A DNA stretch of 64,000 bases, from assembly GCA_963922815.1 (NCBI GenBank), contig CAWUKD010000002.1, positions 2,128 to 66,127 on the forward strand, written 5' to 3'. The notes beneath the pieces are model-generated. The model saw only the letters and a program-made list of their open reading frames with translations. It did no database searches and had not been told where the DNA came from. Of this stretch, positions 55,635 through 64,000 are shown piece after piece (position 1 is the stretch's first letter; each line of letters starts with the position of its first letter). A program made the position numbers and the translations under genes. Source of the DNA: an uncultured Gammaproteobacteria bacterium (GTDB lineage Bacteria > Pseudomonadota > Gammaproteobacteria > Steroidobacterales > SZUA-146).

Positions 55635-56782
55635 TGAAACAAGAGCCAACCATTCAGGATCTTTTTGACGGGGCGAACAGCCGGGTGACAGCGCCCAATG
55701 CGCGTTTGCAGCGCTCTGTGCGCAGCGGTCGGGGAGTAGCCGCCTCGCCCAAACCAAGATTCGCCAGGTTCAGCAGTGAGGCAGTAAGCGATGACTGGTT
55801 CATGGAGCCGGATGACTTACCGCCGACGAAGATCCCCACCCGGGTACACGACGAGATTGTTCGCAGTATTATCAGTCGTAATCAGTCCCCCGACGTTCCG
55901 TTTGATCAGTCGATAAATCCGTATCGCGGATGTGAGCATGGCTGTGTGTATTGCTACGCAAGGCCCAGTCACAGCTTCGTCGATCTATCACCCGGACTGG
56001 ACTTTGAAACCCGCCTGTTTGCAAAGACCAATGCTGCGGCCACGCTGGAGCGCGAACTGATGGCTCCGGGTTACCAGTGTTCGCCAATTAATCTGGGCGC
56101 GAACACGGATCCTTACCAGCCGCTTGAGAAAGAACGCAAGATTACCCGGGAAGTACTTGAAGTACTGGACCGCCTGGATCATCCGGTGACCATAATTACG
56201 AAGGGGTCACTGATTCTGCGGGATCTGGATATTCTTGAACGCATGGCGCACCGTAATCTGGTGTCGGTCGCGGTCAGCATTACGACGCTCGACGACTCAC
56301 TGAAGCGAACTCTTGAGCCGCGGACGGCGTCGCCTTCTGCGCGACTAAGAGTTGTTAAGGAACTCAGTAAGCGAGGGATTCCCGTTACGTTGTTGCTGGC
56401 TCCTGTGATACCGGCGCTCAACGATCATGAAATCGAATCGATTGTGAGAGCCGCTGCAAACGCAGGGGCGACCAGTGCGCGCTATATTTTCTTGCGCCTT
56501 CCATATGAAGTAAAAGAACTGTTTGCAGACTGGTTGATTGATCACTATCCCCTGAAGGCCCGGCACGTGCTCAATCTGGTCAGCGATTCGCGCAATGGAA
56601 AAGCCAATGACTCGGACTTTTCACAGCGTATGACCGGTACCGGTCCGTACGCCAGAATGATTCAAACGCGCTTCGACAAGGTGGTTAAAAAATGCGGGCT
56701 CGATGTGACAGAGCGCCCTCAGCTCGATACGAGCCAGTTTGCGCGCAATCATCCATCCCGGTCGCAGCTGAGCCTGCTCTAG
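55634..56782 (+). CDS. radical SAM protein, PA0069 / SplB-like family
   Basis: NPYRGCEHGCVYCYARPSH (CxxxCxxC), 382 aa, with the LexA box at its start. Confidence 0.85.
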   Translation: MKQEPTIQDLFDGANSRVTAPNARLQRSVRSGRGVAASPKPRFARFSSEAVSDDWFMEPDDLPPTKIPTRVHDEIVRSIISRNQSPDVPFDQSINPYRGCEHGCVYCYARPSHSFVDLSPGLDFETRLFAKTNAAATLERELMAPGYQCSPINLGANTDPYQPLEKERKITREVLEVLDRLDHPVTIITKGSLILRDLDILERMAHRNLVSVAVSITTLDDSLKRTLEPRTASPSARLRVVKELSKRGIPVTLLLAPVIPALNDHEIESIVRAAANAGATSARYIFLRLPYEVKELFADWLIDHYPLKARHVLNLVSDSRNGKANDSDFSQRMTGTGPYARMIQTRFDKVVKKCGLDVTERPQLDTSQFARNHPSRSQLSLL

Positions 56783-56899
56783 GGTAGACGATTGCCGACA
56801 GTGTTGCAGGATTCATCTGCTGCCGCGACGATCAGATATTGTCCGGGCTCAATAATCCAGGTTGGATAATTCTCTGTCGGTCAGAAGGATCGCCCGCGT

Positions 56900-58378
56900 C
56901 TAGACCTGATACCGAACTTTCGCCACGGCGCTATTCCAGCGTTTGATTTTTTCCTGTCGTTTGCCGTCGGCCATGGATGGCACGAATTCTCTGTCCAGTT
57001 TCCACAGTGTCGTGATGTCCTGCAGTGATCCGATGATTCCCGCGCCCAGTCCGGCGACGACGGCTGCACCTAGCACCGTGGTTTCAATGTTCTCCGGCCT
57101 TTGAACGGGCAGCTCCAGAATGTCGGAGAGCAGCTGCATAACCCAGCTATTGGCGCACATGCCGCCGTCGACCCGAAGGCTGCTGATCGTGGCTCCGTCG
57201 GCGCGCATCGCGCTGAGCAGATCCAGTGACTGGTAGCACACGGACTCAAGAGCTGCGGTTACGATATGCTCGAATCCGGTGTTACGCGTCAAACCGAAAA
57301 TGGCGCCCCTGGCGTCAGCGTCCCAGTGTGGCGCTCCCAGGCCTGTAAACGCCGGCACCATAACAACGCTGCCCTGATCGTCGAGTGATTCAGCAATCGC
57401 TTCGCTGTCGGCCGCCTGATCGAGAACCTGGAGTTTATCGCGCAGCCACTGAACTACGGCGCCGGCGATGAAAACGGAACCTTCGAGCGCGTACGTAGTG
57501 GTGCCGTCCAGTCGATACGCAATCGTGGTCAGCAGCTGATGCTCCGATTTCAGTGCCCTTTGTCCTGTGTTTAACATGACGAAATTGCCGGTGCCGTAGG
57601 TGCTCTTGATCATGCCCGGTTCGAAGCAGGCCTGACCCACTGTTGCTGCGTGCTGATCTCCAAGTACGCCGTGTATGGGTACCGGATGATCAAAAAGTAC
57701 GCTGGCATCACCGAAGTACGCGTCGCAGTCGAGAACATCCGGGAGCATGCTCGCCGGCACACCAAACAGGTCCAGCAGCTGTTGATCCCAGCTCAGCGTA
57801 TGGATGTCGAACAACATGGTGCGTGCGGCATTGGTCACATCAGTTACATGTCGTGAGCGCTCGCTGAGCTTGTAGATGAGGAAGCTGTCCACGGTGCCAA
57901 AAGCCAGATGGCCCTCGTTGCTCAGCTGCCGCGCGCCGTCTACGTGATCCAGAATCCATCGAATTTTCGTGGCGGAAAAGTAGGCGTCAAGCAGGAGCCC
58001 GGTCCGGTCAGAAATCAGTTTTCCGTGGCCCTGCGCATCCAGTTCCTGGCAGAAGCCGGCCGTACGTCGATCCTGCCATACGATAGCGGGGCTGACGGGT
58101 TCTCCGGTTCGTCGATCCCAGACCACGGTTGTCTCGCGCTGATTGGTTATACCAACGGCGGCTACGCTGTCGGCGTTTATTGTCGCCAGCACCTTGCGGC
58201 AGGTCTCATGAACCGACTGCCAGATTTCATTGGCGTCATGTTCCACCCAGCCGTCTTTGGGAAAGTGCTGAGTAAACTCTTGTTGGGCACTCGCTACCGG
58301 TTTTCCTGAAGCGTCAAAAATCACCGCTCGTGAACTGGTCGTGCCCTGATCGATTGAAAGAATTAGCGGTGAGCTCAT
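56900..58378 (-). CDS. glpK: glycerol kinase
   Basis: Start at ATG 58376-58378 (MSSPLILSIDQGTTSSRAVIFD). FGGY kinase motifs run throughout. Confidence 0.9.
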   Translation of the reverse strand: MSSPLILSIDQGTTSSRAVIFDASGKPVASAQQEFTQHFPKDGWVEHDANEIWQSVHETCRKVLATINADSVAAVGITNQRETTVVWDRRTGEPVSPAIVWQDRRTAGFCQELDAQGHGKLISDRTGLLLDAYFSATKIRWILDHVDGARQLSNEGHLAFGTVDSFLIYKLSERSRHVTDVTNAARTMLFDIHTLSWDQQLLDLFGVPASMLPDVLDCDAYFGDASVLFDHPVPIHGVLGDQHAATVGQACFEPGMIKSTYGTGNFVMLNTGQRALKSEHQLLTTIAYRLDGTTTYALEGSVFIAGAVVQWLRDKLQVLDQAADSEAIAESLDDQGSVVMVPAFTGLGAPHWDADARGAIFGLTRNTGFEHIVTAALESVCYQSLDLLSAMRADGATISSLRVDGGMCANSWVMQLLSDILELPVQRPENIETTVLGAAVVAGLGAGIIGSLQDITTLWKLDREFVPSMADGKRQEKIKRWNSAVAKVRYQV

Positions 58379-58899
58379 TGGTCGGTTTCCATGTAGTCCG
58401 GGTAAGCGGTTTGAAAACGCCCGCTGGCGAGCGCCGCTGCGCGGTCGGCGTCGATGTCGGCTTTCGTCGTTGTACAATCGTACGGCTCATCACGCCAGCG
58501 TCGATGAAGCCAGAACGTGTAGTCCCCGGTAAGGCTGCGATACGTTCGCTTGTCATGGTCGTCCGTTAACAGTCTGTATTGATGGGTGTAGCTTTCCCCA
58601 TCGTTGTCGTCACCCTGAGCGCTGACCAGCGTAATGGTCAGCAGGTCGTTCTCCCACGACCATGTGCCTCTGTCGGTCCACTGCGATTCTGTCTTGCTCG
58701 ACAGGCAGGAAAAAAAACGCACGACAATGTCGCCGCTGGCAAGAAACGTACTGTCGGAATGGAAGGTGTTGACGCCGTCGGGTCGTATGCCATACCACGT
58801 GCCCTCGAAGTCGGGTATGACCACGGCGTCCGTGCCGGCGGCTGGCGGGTCGCAGGCCATAGTCAGAACTGACACCAGAATTATCGCAAGTGATCGCAT
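58375..58899 (-). CDS. hypothetical lipoprotein
   Basis: Lipobox VLTMAC. 174 aa, no family recognised. Its stop overlaps the glpK ATG (ATGA). Confidence 0.6.
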   Translation of the reverse strand: MRSLAIILVSVLTMACDPPAAGTDAVVIPDFEGTWYGIRPDGVNTFHSDSTFLASGDIVVRFFSCLSSKTESQWTDRGTWSWENDLLTITLVSAQGDDNDGESYTHQYRLLTDDHDKRTYRSLTGDYTFWLHRRWRDEPYDCTTTKADIDADRAAALASGRFQTAYPDYMETDQ

Positions 58900-59118
58900 G
58901 GATTACAGTGTCGCCAATAATTCTCCAAGATGAAAGTCATTGATTGGGTATTGCCCACTCAGGCAATTGATTCAGCACAGGTTTAAAGCAGTCGGTGTAT
59001 AAGTGGGAATCATCGCTTTGCGGTGCGAACTATCCCGGCAGCGGCAAGTCTGATCAAAAAGTGAGCAGTTCCGGGGCCGCTCGCTGAATCTGGTGATTTC
59101 CATGGGTAGAATGTTCAA

Positions 59119-60900
59119 GTGAATGTGCGTTGGCCAAAACTCTGCCTGTGTTTCTTTGTGTTCTGCCTCGGAGCCTGCTCCGGTTCAGGCCCGGACCTGC
59201 CGATTTATGAAGACGTCACCGAACTCAGCGGGCTTCAGTTTGTGCATCAGAATGGCAGCGATAATACGCTGGCCCTGCCACCCATTCTGGGCAGTGGCGT
59301 TGCGCTTTTTGATGTGGATAACGATGGCGATCTGGATATCTATCTTGTTCAGGGTCGTGGGGGGCTGGGTGGTCCGGACGAAATCTGGATTAATGAGTCA
59401 GAAGGTGACCGGCTGCGCTTTGACCGGGCTCCGGATCAGCCGGCGTTCGCGTCGGATTTTCCTGGCATGGGGGTGGCGGTAGGCGATGCCAATCTGGATG
59501 GACGTCTGGATGTTGCAGTCACCACGCTTGGCGTCAATCGCCTGCTGCTAAACCATGAAGCAGGCTTTGTCGTTTCCGGGGCCGGGGCCGGGGCCTTTGG
59601 AACTGATGAAGCCTGGAGTGCCTCTTTAGTCTGGCTGGACGCCAACGGCGACCAGCGGCCCGATGTTTACATTGCCAATGTTGCCGAATTTGATGCTTCC
59701 ATGGAGTGGCGATCGATCACCAGTCGACCGGACTATTGCGACGCCGGTGCGTATGTCCCGTTACACGATCAGCTGCTGCTTAATATTGAGACACTGGAGT
59801 CCGGTGACGTCGTCTTCGAAGATGTCAGCCTCGACTGGAATCTGGTGGCGAACAAGGCTCCGAGTCTCGGAGTTCGCGCGGGGGACTTTAACAACGATGG
59901 TCTGCCCGACGTTTACGTTGCCTCCCCTGGCGCACCCAATACGCTGTGGCTTAACGAGCGCGGGCGCAGGTTCAGTGACCTGACCCGGTCCTCCGGAGCA
60001 GCTGCAAGTTTCCTGGGCAGGTACCGGGGAAGCTTTGGCGTTGATGCCGCCGATATGGATGGCGACGATGACCTTGATCTGGTTGTGTCGCACAGCCTGG
60101 ATGAGCCGCATCAGGTCTATCTTAACGACGGGCTGGGTAACTTTATCGCCGACGATCTGATTGCAGGCGGGGTTAGCGCATCACAGAGCGGTGCCGGGCT
60201 TGTTGTGCTGGACGCGAACACCGATGGTTTCGATGATGTATTTGTTGCCAACGGAGCGACTCGCCAGCGGCAGGCACAGCTCGACGCCGGAGACCTCTTG
60301 CCGCTGCGGGAGTCGAACACGCTGTTTCTGCAGAGCAAGGAACGCGGGTATCAGCCGGAAGGTGGCACCGCTGCGATTGCGGGCACGATGGCTACAGTAG
60401 ACACGGCAACTCCTCCAGCTCACGGCGAAGCGAATGTGCCGGTGGCCGATGCACCCATAGAATTCGATGTGTGGGAAGAAAACGCCGAGCGCCTTACGCC
60501 GCGACCCCATGCGTCCCGCAGCGTTGCCTCCGGCGATCTCGATAACGATGGCGATCTCGATCTGGTGATCACAAATAATGGCGGGCCGGCACAGATTCTG
60601 CGCAGCACGCGAAACCCCGAAAACTGGATTGGAATTTCTGCTGTGTCCGAAGACACCGGGCTTGCCGTCACTGGTGCGCGGGTAAAACAACTGGACCCGG
60701 AGGCTGCGGGTACCCGCGAAATTCGACGATCGCACGGTTATCTGAGTGCCAGCGATCCACGCCTGATTTTTTATCACTTGCCGGAAGACGCAGAGTTCGT
60801 CACGTATGAGGTGACATGGCCCGGAGCACCGGCGGAGCGCTTCACTGTACCCGTCGAGCCTCGATATCATTCGCTGATTCGCGGGCAAGGCCAGCCATGA
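59119..60900 (+). CDS. CRTAC1-like lipoprotein (FG-GAP/VCBS repeats + UnbV/ASPIC-like C-terminus)
   Basis: GTG start and lipobox FCLGAC. Seven DxDxDG-type repeats (FDVDNDGDLDIY, GDANLDGRLDV, GDFNNDGLPDV, DMDGDDDLDLV, GDLDNDGDLDLV...). Confidence 0.75.
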   Translation: MNVRWPKLCLCFFVFCLGACSGSGPDLPIYEDVTELSGLQFVHQNGSDNTLALPPILGSGVALFDVDNDGDLDIYLVQGRGGLGGPDEIWINESEGDRLRFDRAPDQPAFASDFPGMGVAVGDANLDGRLDVAVTTLGVNRLLLNHEAGFVVSGAGAGAFGTDEAWSASLVWLDANGDQRPDVYIANVAEFDASMEWRSITSRPDYCDAGAYVPLHDQLLLNIETLESGDVVFEDVSLDWNLVANKAPSLGVRAGDFNNDGLPDVYVASPGAPNTLWLNERGRRFSDLTRSSGAAASFLGRYRGSFGVDAADMDGDDDLDLVVSHSLDEPHQVYLNDGLGNFIADDLIAGGVSASQSGAGLVVLDANTDGFDDVFVANGATRQRQAQLDAGDLLPLRESNTLFLQSKERGYQPEGGTAAIAGTMATVDTATPPAHGEANVPVADAPIEFDVWEENAERLTPRPHASRSVASGDLDNDGDLDLVITNNGGPAQILRSTRNPENWIGISAVSEDTGLAVTGARVKQLDPEAAGTREIRRSHGYLSASDPRLIFYHLPEDAEFVTYEVTWPGAPAERFTVPVEPRYHSLIRGQGQP

Positions 60901-62540
60901 AGCGCCTGGTATTGCTTTTGCTGGTCGTATGTCTGGCCGCTTGTCAGGCGCAGGAAAGTGTGGAGCACAGGGTTCGTCATCCCCGGCTTGATCTGCTCGA
61001 AGAGCAAGTCAGGCGCACGCTCGAAAACGCGCTCGGTCGCTGGCGCGACCAATTGGCTACGTCTGATCTGCCGGGAGATGAAGCCAGGGCCTATGCCCAG
61101 CTCGGCCAGGTTTATCTCGCCCATCATTTTGACGAGGCCGCCGCGGATGCTTTGTCCTTTGCGACCCAAAGAGTGCGAAACCCTCACTGGTATTTCTACT
61201 ACGGCACGGCTCTTGACCGCAGCTTCCGGCACGAAGAGGCAGAGCAGGCATTGTCGGCTTCGCTGGCACTGCACGATCACCCTGAAGTGCGGTTCGCCCG
61301 TGCGAAAGTACGCTCCAGGGTCGGCAACATCGCGGGTGCGCTGGACGATTTGAAGGCGTTAAAAGCGATTAGCCGCATGACCGGCGATTCCGGTGATGAC
61401 GACGTCGACTCGGGCGATCAGGAGCAGACCGACGCGGTGCCCTTGCAGGCTGCCTGGTTTGCACTGGAGGCCAGGCTGCTCGCGCATCAGCGGCAGTACC
61501 CAAAGGCCATGGAAAGCCTGATGCGAGCGCTCGAGCTTGAACCGGAGGCGACATCGCTTCACGGACCCATGGCGCAGCTGCAGCTGAGGCTGGGAAGTGC
61601 CGCCAGCGCCGGCAGGCATCGGCGGTTAGCGGGAGACGGGTTGCCCGGTTCCGAGCAGCCGCTCATGGATTCGCTGTCCTCTCTGGCGCGAGGCTCTCGC
61701 TACTACCTTGACCGGGGTCGGGAGCTGATGGCGGCACGTAACTTCGAAGAGGCCGTTGCCGATTTCGCCATCGCCGCCGACATTGCACCCAGCAGCCACG
61801 ATGCTGTGCTTGCTTATGCCCGGGCACTTGAGGTCGTGGGACAGGTTGACCTGGCGGAACAGCAGTATCTCGACGCGCTCAGGCTTAACCCCGAGTCTGA
61901 AGTAGCGCATTATTTTCTGGGGTCATTGTATGAGCGTCGTGAGCAGGATGAGCAGGCTCTGACGCATTATGCGGCGGCGATTGAAGCAGATGCTGATTAT
62001 TTACCGCCCCGGCTTTCGCTGGCCCACGCTCTGTTCGGCATCCGGCGGTTCGAAGAAGCACTCACGCACTACGCGTACTACGCCGACTCCCGCGAGAACG
62101 ACCTCGAAGTTCGGTATTACGCGGGATTGGCTGCACTGGCGATGGGCGATTGCGAGGCGGGGACCGAATGGTTCAGGCAGGCAATTAATGTTAACTCTCA
62201 TAGTCGGGCGGCGCAGGAAGGAGTCGCACGCAGTTTTGCCGTCTGCTCCAGTGATCCTTCGGAACTGAGTCGCGCGCAGGATATCGGTGAGAGGCACGAA
62301 GAAGAGCGCCCGGACGCATCCGCTGCCGAGACTCTTGCCATGGTGTACGCGGCGCTTAACGATTTTGAATCAGCTGCCCGCCTCCAGAATCTTGCCATCA
62401 GACGCAGCAATGACGAGCGGCAAAACGGTCAACGCGATCGTCTGACGCAGTACGAATCGGAGCTGCGCGCACAGGTTGCATGGCTGCCTGATTCGCCGGT
62501 CTTTGATCCGCCGCGACTGTCAATGCGAGTTTACCAGTAA
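60897..62540 (+). CDS. TPR-repeat lipoprotein
   Basis: ATG 60897 overlaps the upstream stop (ATGA). Lipobox VVCLAAC, with TPR-like A/L/Y-rich helical repeats throughout. Confidence 0.75.
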   Translation: MKRLVLLLLVVCLAACQAQESVEHRVRHPRLDLLEEQVRRTLENALGRWRDQLATSDLPGDEARAYAQLGQVYLAHHFDEAAADALSFATQRVRNPHWYFYYGTALDRSFRHEEAEQALSASLALHDHPEVRFARAKVRSRVGNIAGALDDLKALKAISRMTGDSGDDDVDSGDQEQTDAVPLQAAWFALEARLLAHQRQYPKAMESLMRALELEPEATSLHGPMAQLQLRLGSAASAGRHRRLAGDGLPGSEQPLMDSLSSLARGSRYYLDRGRELMAARNFEEAVADFAIAADIAPSSHDAVLAYARALEVVGQVDLAEQQYLDALRLNPESEVAHYFLGSLYERREQDEQALTHYAAAIEADADYLPPRLSLAHALFGIRRFEEALTHYAYYADSRENDLEVRYYAGLAALAMGDCEAGTEWFRQAINVNSHSRAAQEGVARSFAVCSSDPSELSRAQDIGERHEEERPDASAAETLAMVYAALNDFESAARLQNLAIRRSNDERQNGQRDRLTQYESELRAQVAWLPDSPVFDPPRLSMRVYQ

Positions 62541-62685
62541 CTACCCTTCATGTTCGCCGGCTTTCTATTGGCCGGATGTCATCATAATGACTACGGTCAT
62601 TGCGCCCTGTTGCCCCGCAAATTCTTGGTTATGCTAAACTTCTGTCAGCAGCGATGTGACCTGTATAGATGATTTCTGAGGAATC

Positions 62686-64000
62686 ATGGCCGACACAAAA
62701 AGCCTTAAAAGCGCGTTCGATATCGGTCGGGAGGCGTTCCTTGGCGGGGACCTCGAACGGGCGCGTGAGTGCTATCTGGAGGAAATGCAAAGGCGACCAG
62801 AGGATGCCGAGGTTCTCCATGCTCTTGCCGCCGTGGAGCATCGAGCAGGAGAGCTGGATCTTGCGGAGACTTATCTTCTCAAAGCCATAGAGCTCAATCG
62901 TTACGGCGTCGGATTTCAGAACAGCCTTGGTAACCTGCTGGTGGCAAAGAATCGCCTGCGTGAAGCCGAAGCAGCTTACTTTGAAGAGCTGCGCATGCGT
63001 CCTGAATTTTCGCTGTCACACAACCAGCTCGGCAAGCTGATGCTGCGTACCGGAAATCTCACCCGGGCGATCAAACATTTTCAATCGGCGCTGCAGTTTA
63101 CACCGGCCTATGTTGATGCGGCTAACAACCTTGGATTGGCGTTACTGCGCGACGGGCAGCACACTGCGGCTGCCACGGCTCTGGAGCAGGCGCTTGAGCT
63201 CGACGAAAAAAGCGCACGAGCCCATGCAAACCTGGGGCACGTACGATTGCAGCGAGGGGAGTCAACCGAAGCGGCGGCTCGCTTCGAACGGGCGCTGGTG
63301 CTGGATCCCCGGTGCGCGGCTGCGATTCGCGGTATGGGTTTGCTACGGCTCGCACAGGGTAAGGTGCAGGAGGCGATTGCCGCCTTTGGAAAGGTGCTGC
63401 AGATTGACCCTCAGGATCTTGAGGCCCTGAGAGAGCTGGCAAAAGTCTGGGAGCGGCAGGGCCTGTGGGAAGTTGCCGAAAAGTATTTTCGCCGGGCTCA
63501 TAGCCTGGCGCCAAATGACCTTGACGTATTGAATCATCTTGCCAGTCTTCAGATGAATCGCGGTGACTGGCCGGGTGCCATTGAAAGCTTTGAAAAGGCG
63601 CTTCAGATCAAGCCCGGTGATCAAACGAGTCTCGCCGGCTATGGTCGGTTGAAGGCGGCTACCGGTGATACCAAGCTGGCCATGTCCAAACTGTCGGCCG
63701 TGGTACATTCGGGTCGCGCTAAAACCAACCTCCTGATCGCCTATGCAAGACTGCTCGGAGCGTCGGCTCGACGTCGTGATGGCATTACCCTGCTTGAGCA
63801 ACGCTTGCGTACGAAAATTCCCGACAACGAAAAGTGCAAGCTGCATTTTGCACTTGGTTCACTGCTGGATGCGGATAGCTCTTACGATTTGGCCTTCCAC
63901 AATTTTCGCAAAGCCAATCAGCTGAAGGCGGCGAAGTTTGATGGACCTCGATTTTCGGCCGTCTGCGATCGTATCATCGAAGCGTTTAGTTACGAGGCGA
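62686..64000 (+). CDS. TPR-repeat protein, 3' end beyond window (possibly TPR + sulfotransferase type)
   Basis: This ORF is not in the ORF track because it runs off the window. I translated it by hand from ATG 62686 (GAGGA 4 nt upstream) to base 64000 and found no stop. It has at least 8 TPR-like repeats and no signal peptide. Confidence 0.75.
   Translation, partial: MADTKSLKSAFDIGREAFLGGDLERARECYLEEMQRRPEDAEVLHALAAVEHRAGELDLAETYLLKAIELNRYGVGFQNSLGNLLVAKNRLREAEAAYFEELRMRPEFSLSHNQLGKLMLRTGNLTRAIKHFQSALQFTPAYVDAANNLGLALLRDGQHTAAATALEQALELDEKSARAHANLGHVRLQRGESTEAAARFERALVLDPRCAAAIRGMGLLRLAQGKVQEAIAAFGKVLQIDPQDLEALRELAKVWERQGLWEVAEKYFRRAHSLAPNDLDVLNHLASLQMNRGDWPGAIESFEKALQIKPGDQTSLAGYGRLKAATGDTKLAMSKLSAVVHSGRAKTNLLIAYARLLGASARRRDGITLLEQRLRTKIPDNEKCKLHFALGSLLDADSSYDLAFHNFRKANQLKAAKFDGPRFSAVCDRIIEAFSYEA

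Noticed and set aside
1-64000. A search for CRISPR arrays, IS elements or transposases, integrases, prophage genes, toxin-antitoxin pairs, restriction-modification or other defence genes, rRNA and tRNA.
   Set aside because: I found none by eye. There are no regularly spaced direct repeats, no terminal inverted repeats flanking ORFs, no recombinase, nuclease or methyltransferase motifs, and no cloverleaf-like segments in intergenic regions.

Overview
This is a chromosomal segment of a GC-rich Gram-negative bacterium. Gene content suggests a marine gammaproteobacterium, but that is inference only. The supporting genes are several TonB-dependent receptors, a GH16 beta-glucanase, a Na+/glucose-type symporter, a VPLPA/PEP-CTERM-like sorting signal and a type IV pilin. 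About 50 protein-coding genes are supportable. I found no rRNA, tRNA, CRISPR array, transposase, integrase or phage genes. In order, the window holds: the ribokinase 3' end; a DUF2799-like lipoprotein; an ORF-free gap with a candidate Csr/Rsm-type sRNA; an Oar-like TonB-dependent receptor; an AT-rich Lrp+LysE islet; a TraR/DksA zinc finger; DUF885; a GH16 glucanase and a PQQ-type sugar dehydrogenase that share a TSP3/dockerin-like tail; MscS; an RDD protein; a type IV pilin plus a very divergent GspF/PilC-like protein; an SSS symporter / glk / LacI module with palindromic operators; an SLC13 permease; TfoX-N; a full molybdenum-cofactor cluster (moaE-D-C divergent from moaA-mobA-tauE-moaB-moeA); branched-chain keto-acid dehydrogenase E1a/E1b/E2; an APC permease; a Prx5 peroxiredoxin; spondin_N + HK/OmpR + a second TonB-dependent receptor; an acyl-CoA synthetase; and a VPLPA-CTERM protein. 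From about 46.3 kb to the window end there is a two-part cluster of TPR / FG-GAP / UnbV-ASPIC (CRTAC1-like) envelope proteins. It also carries an amidase-like CN-hydrolase and a membrane-anchored pentaheme cytochrome c-TPR fusion, and it is interrupted by a LexA-box radical-SAM gene and glpK. This last cluster is my top candidate for an undescribed system. All calls come from reading the ORF translations and the DNA by eye. No database search was run.
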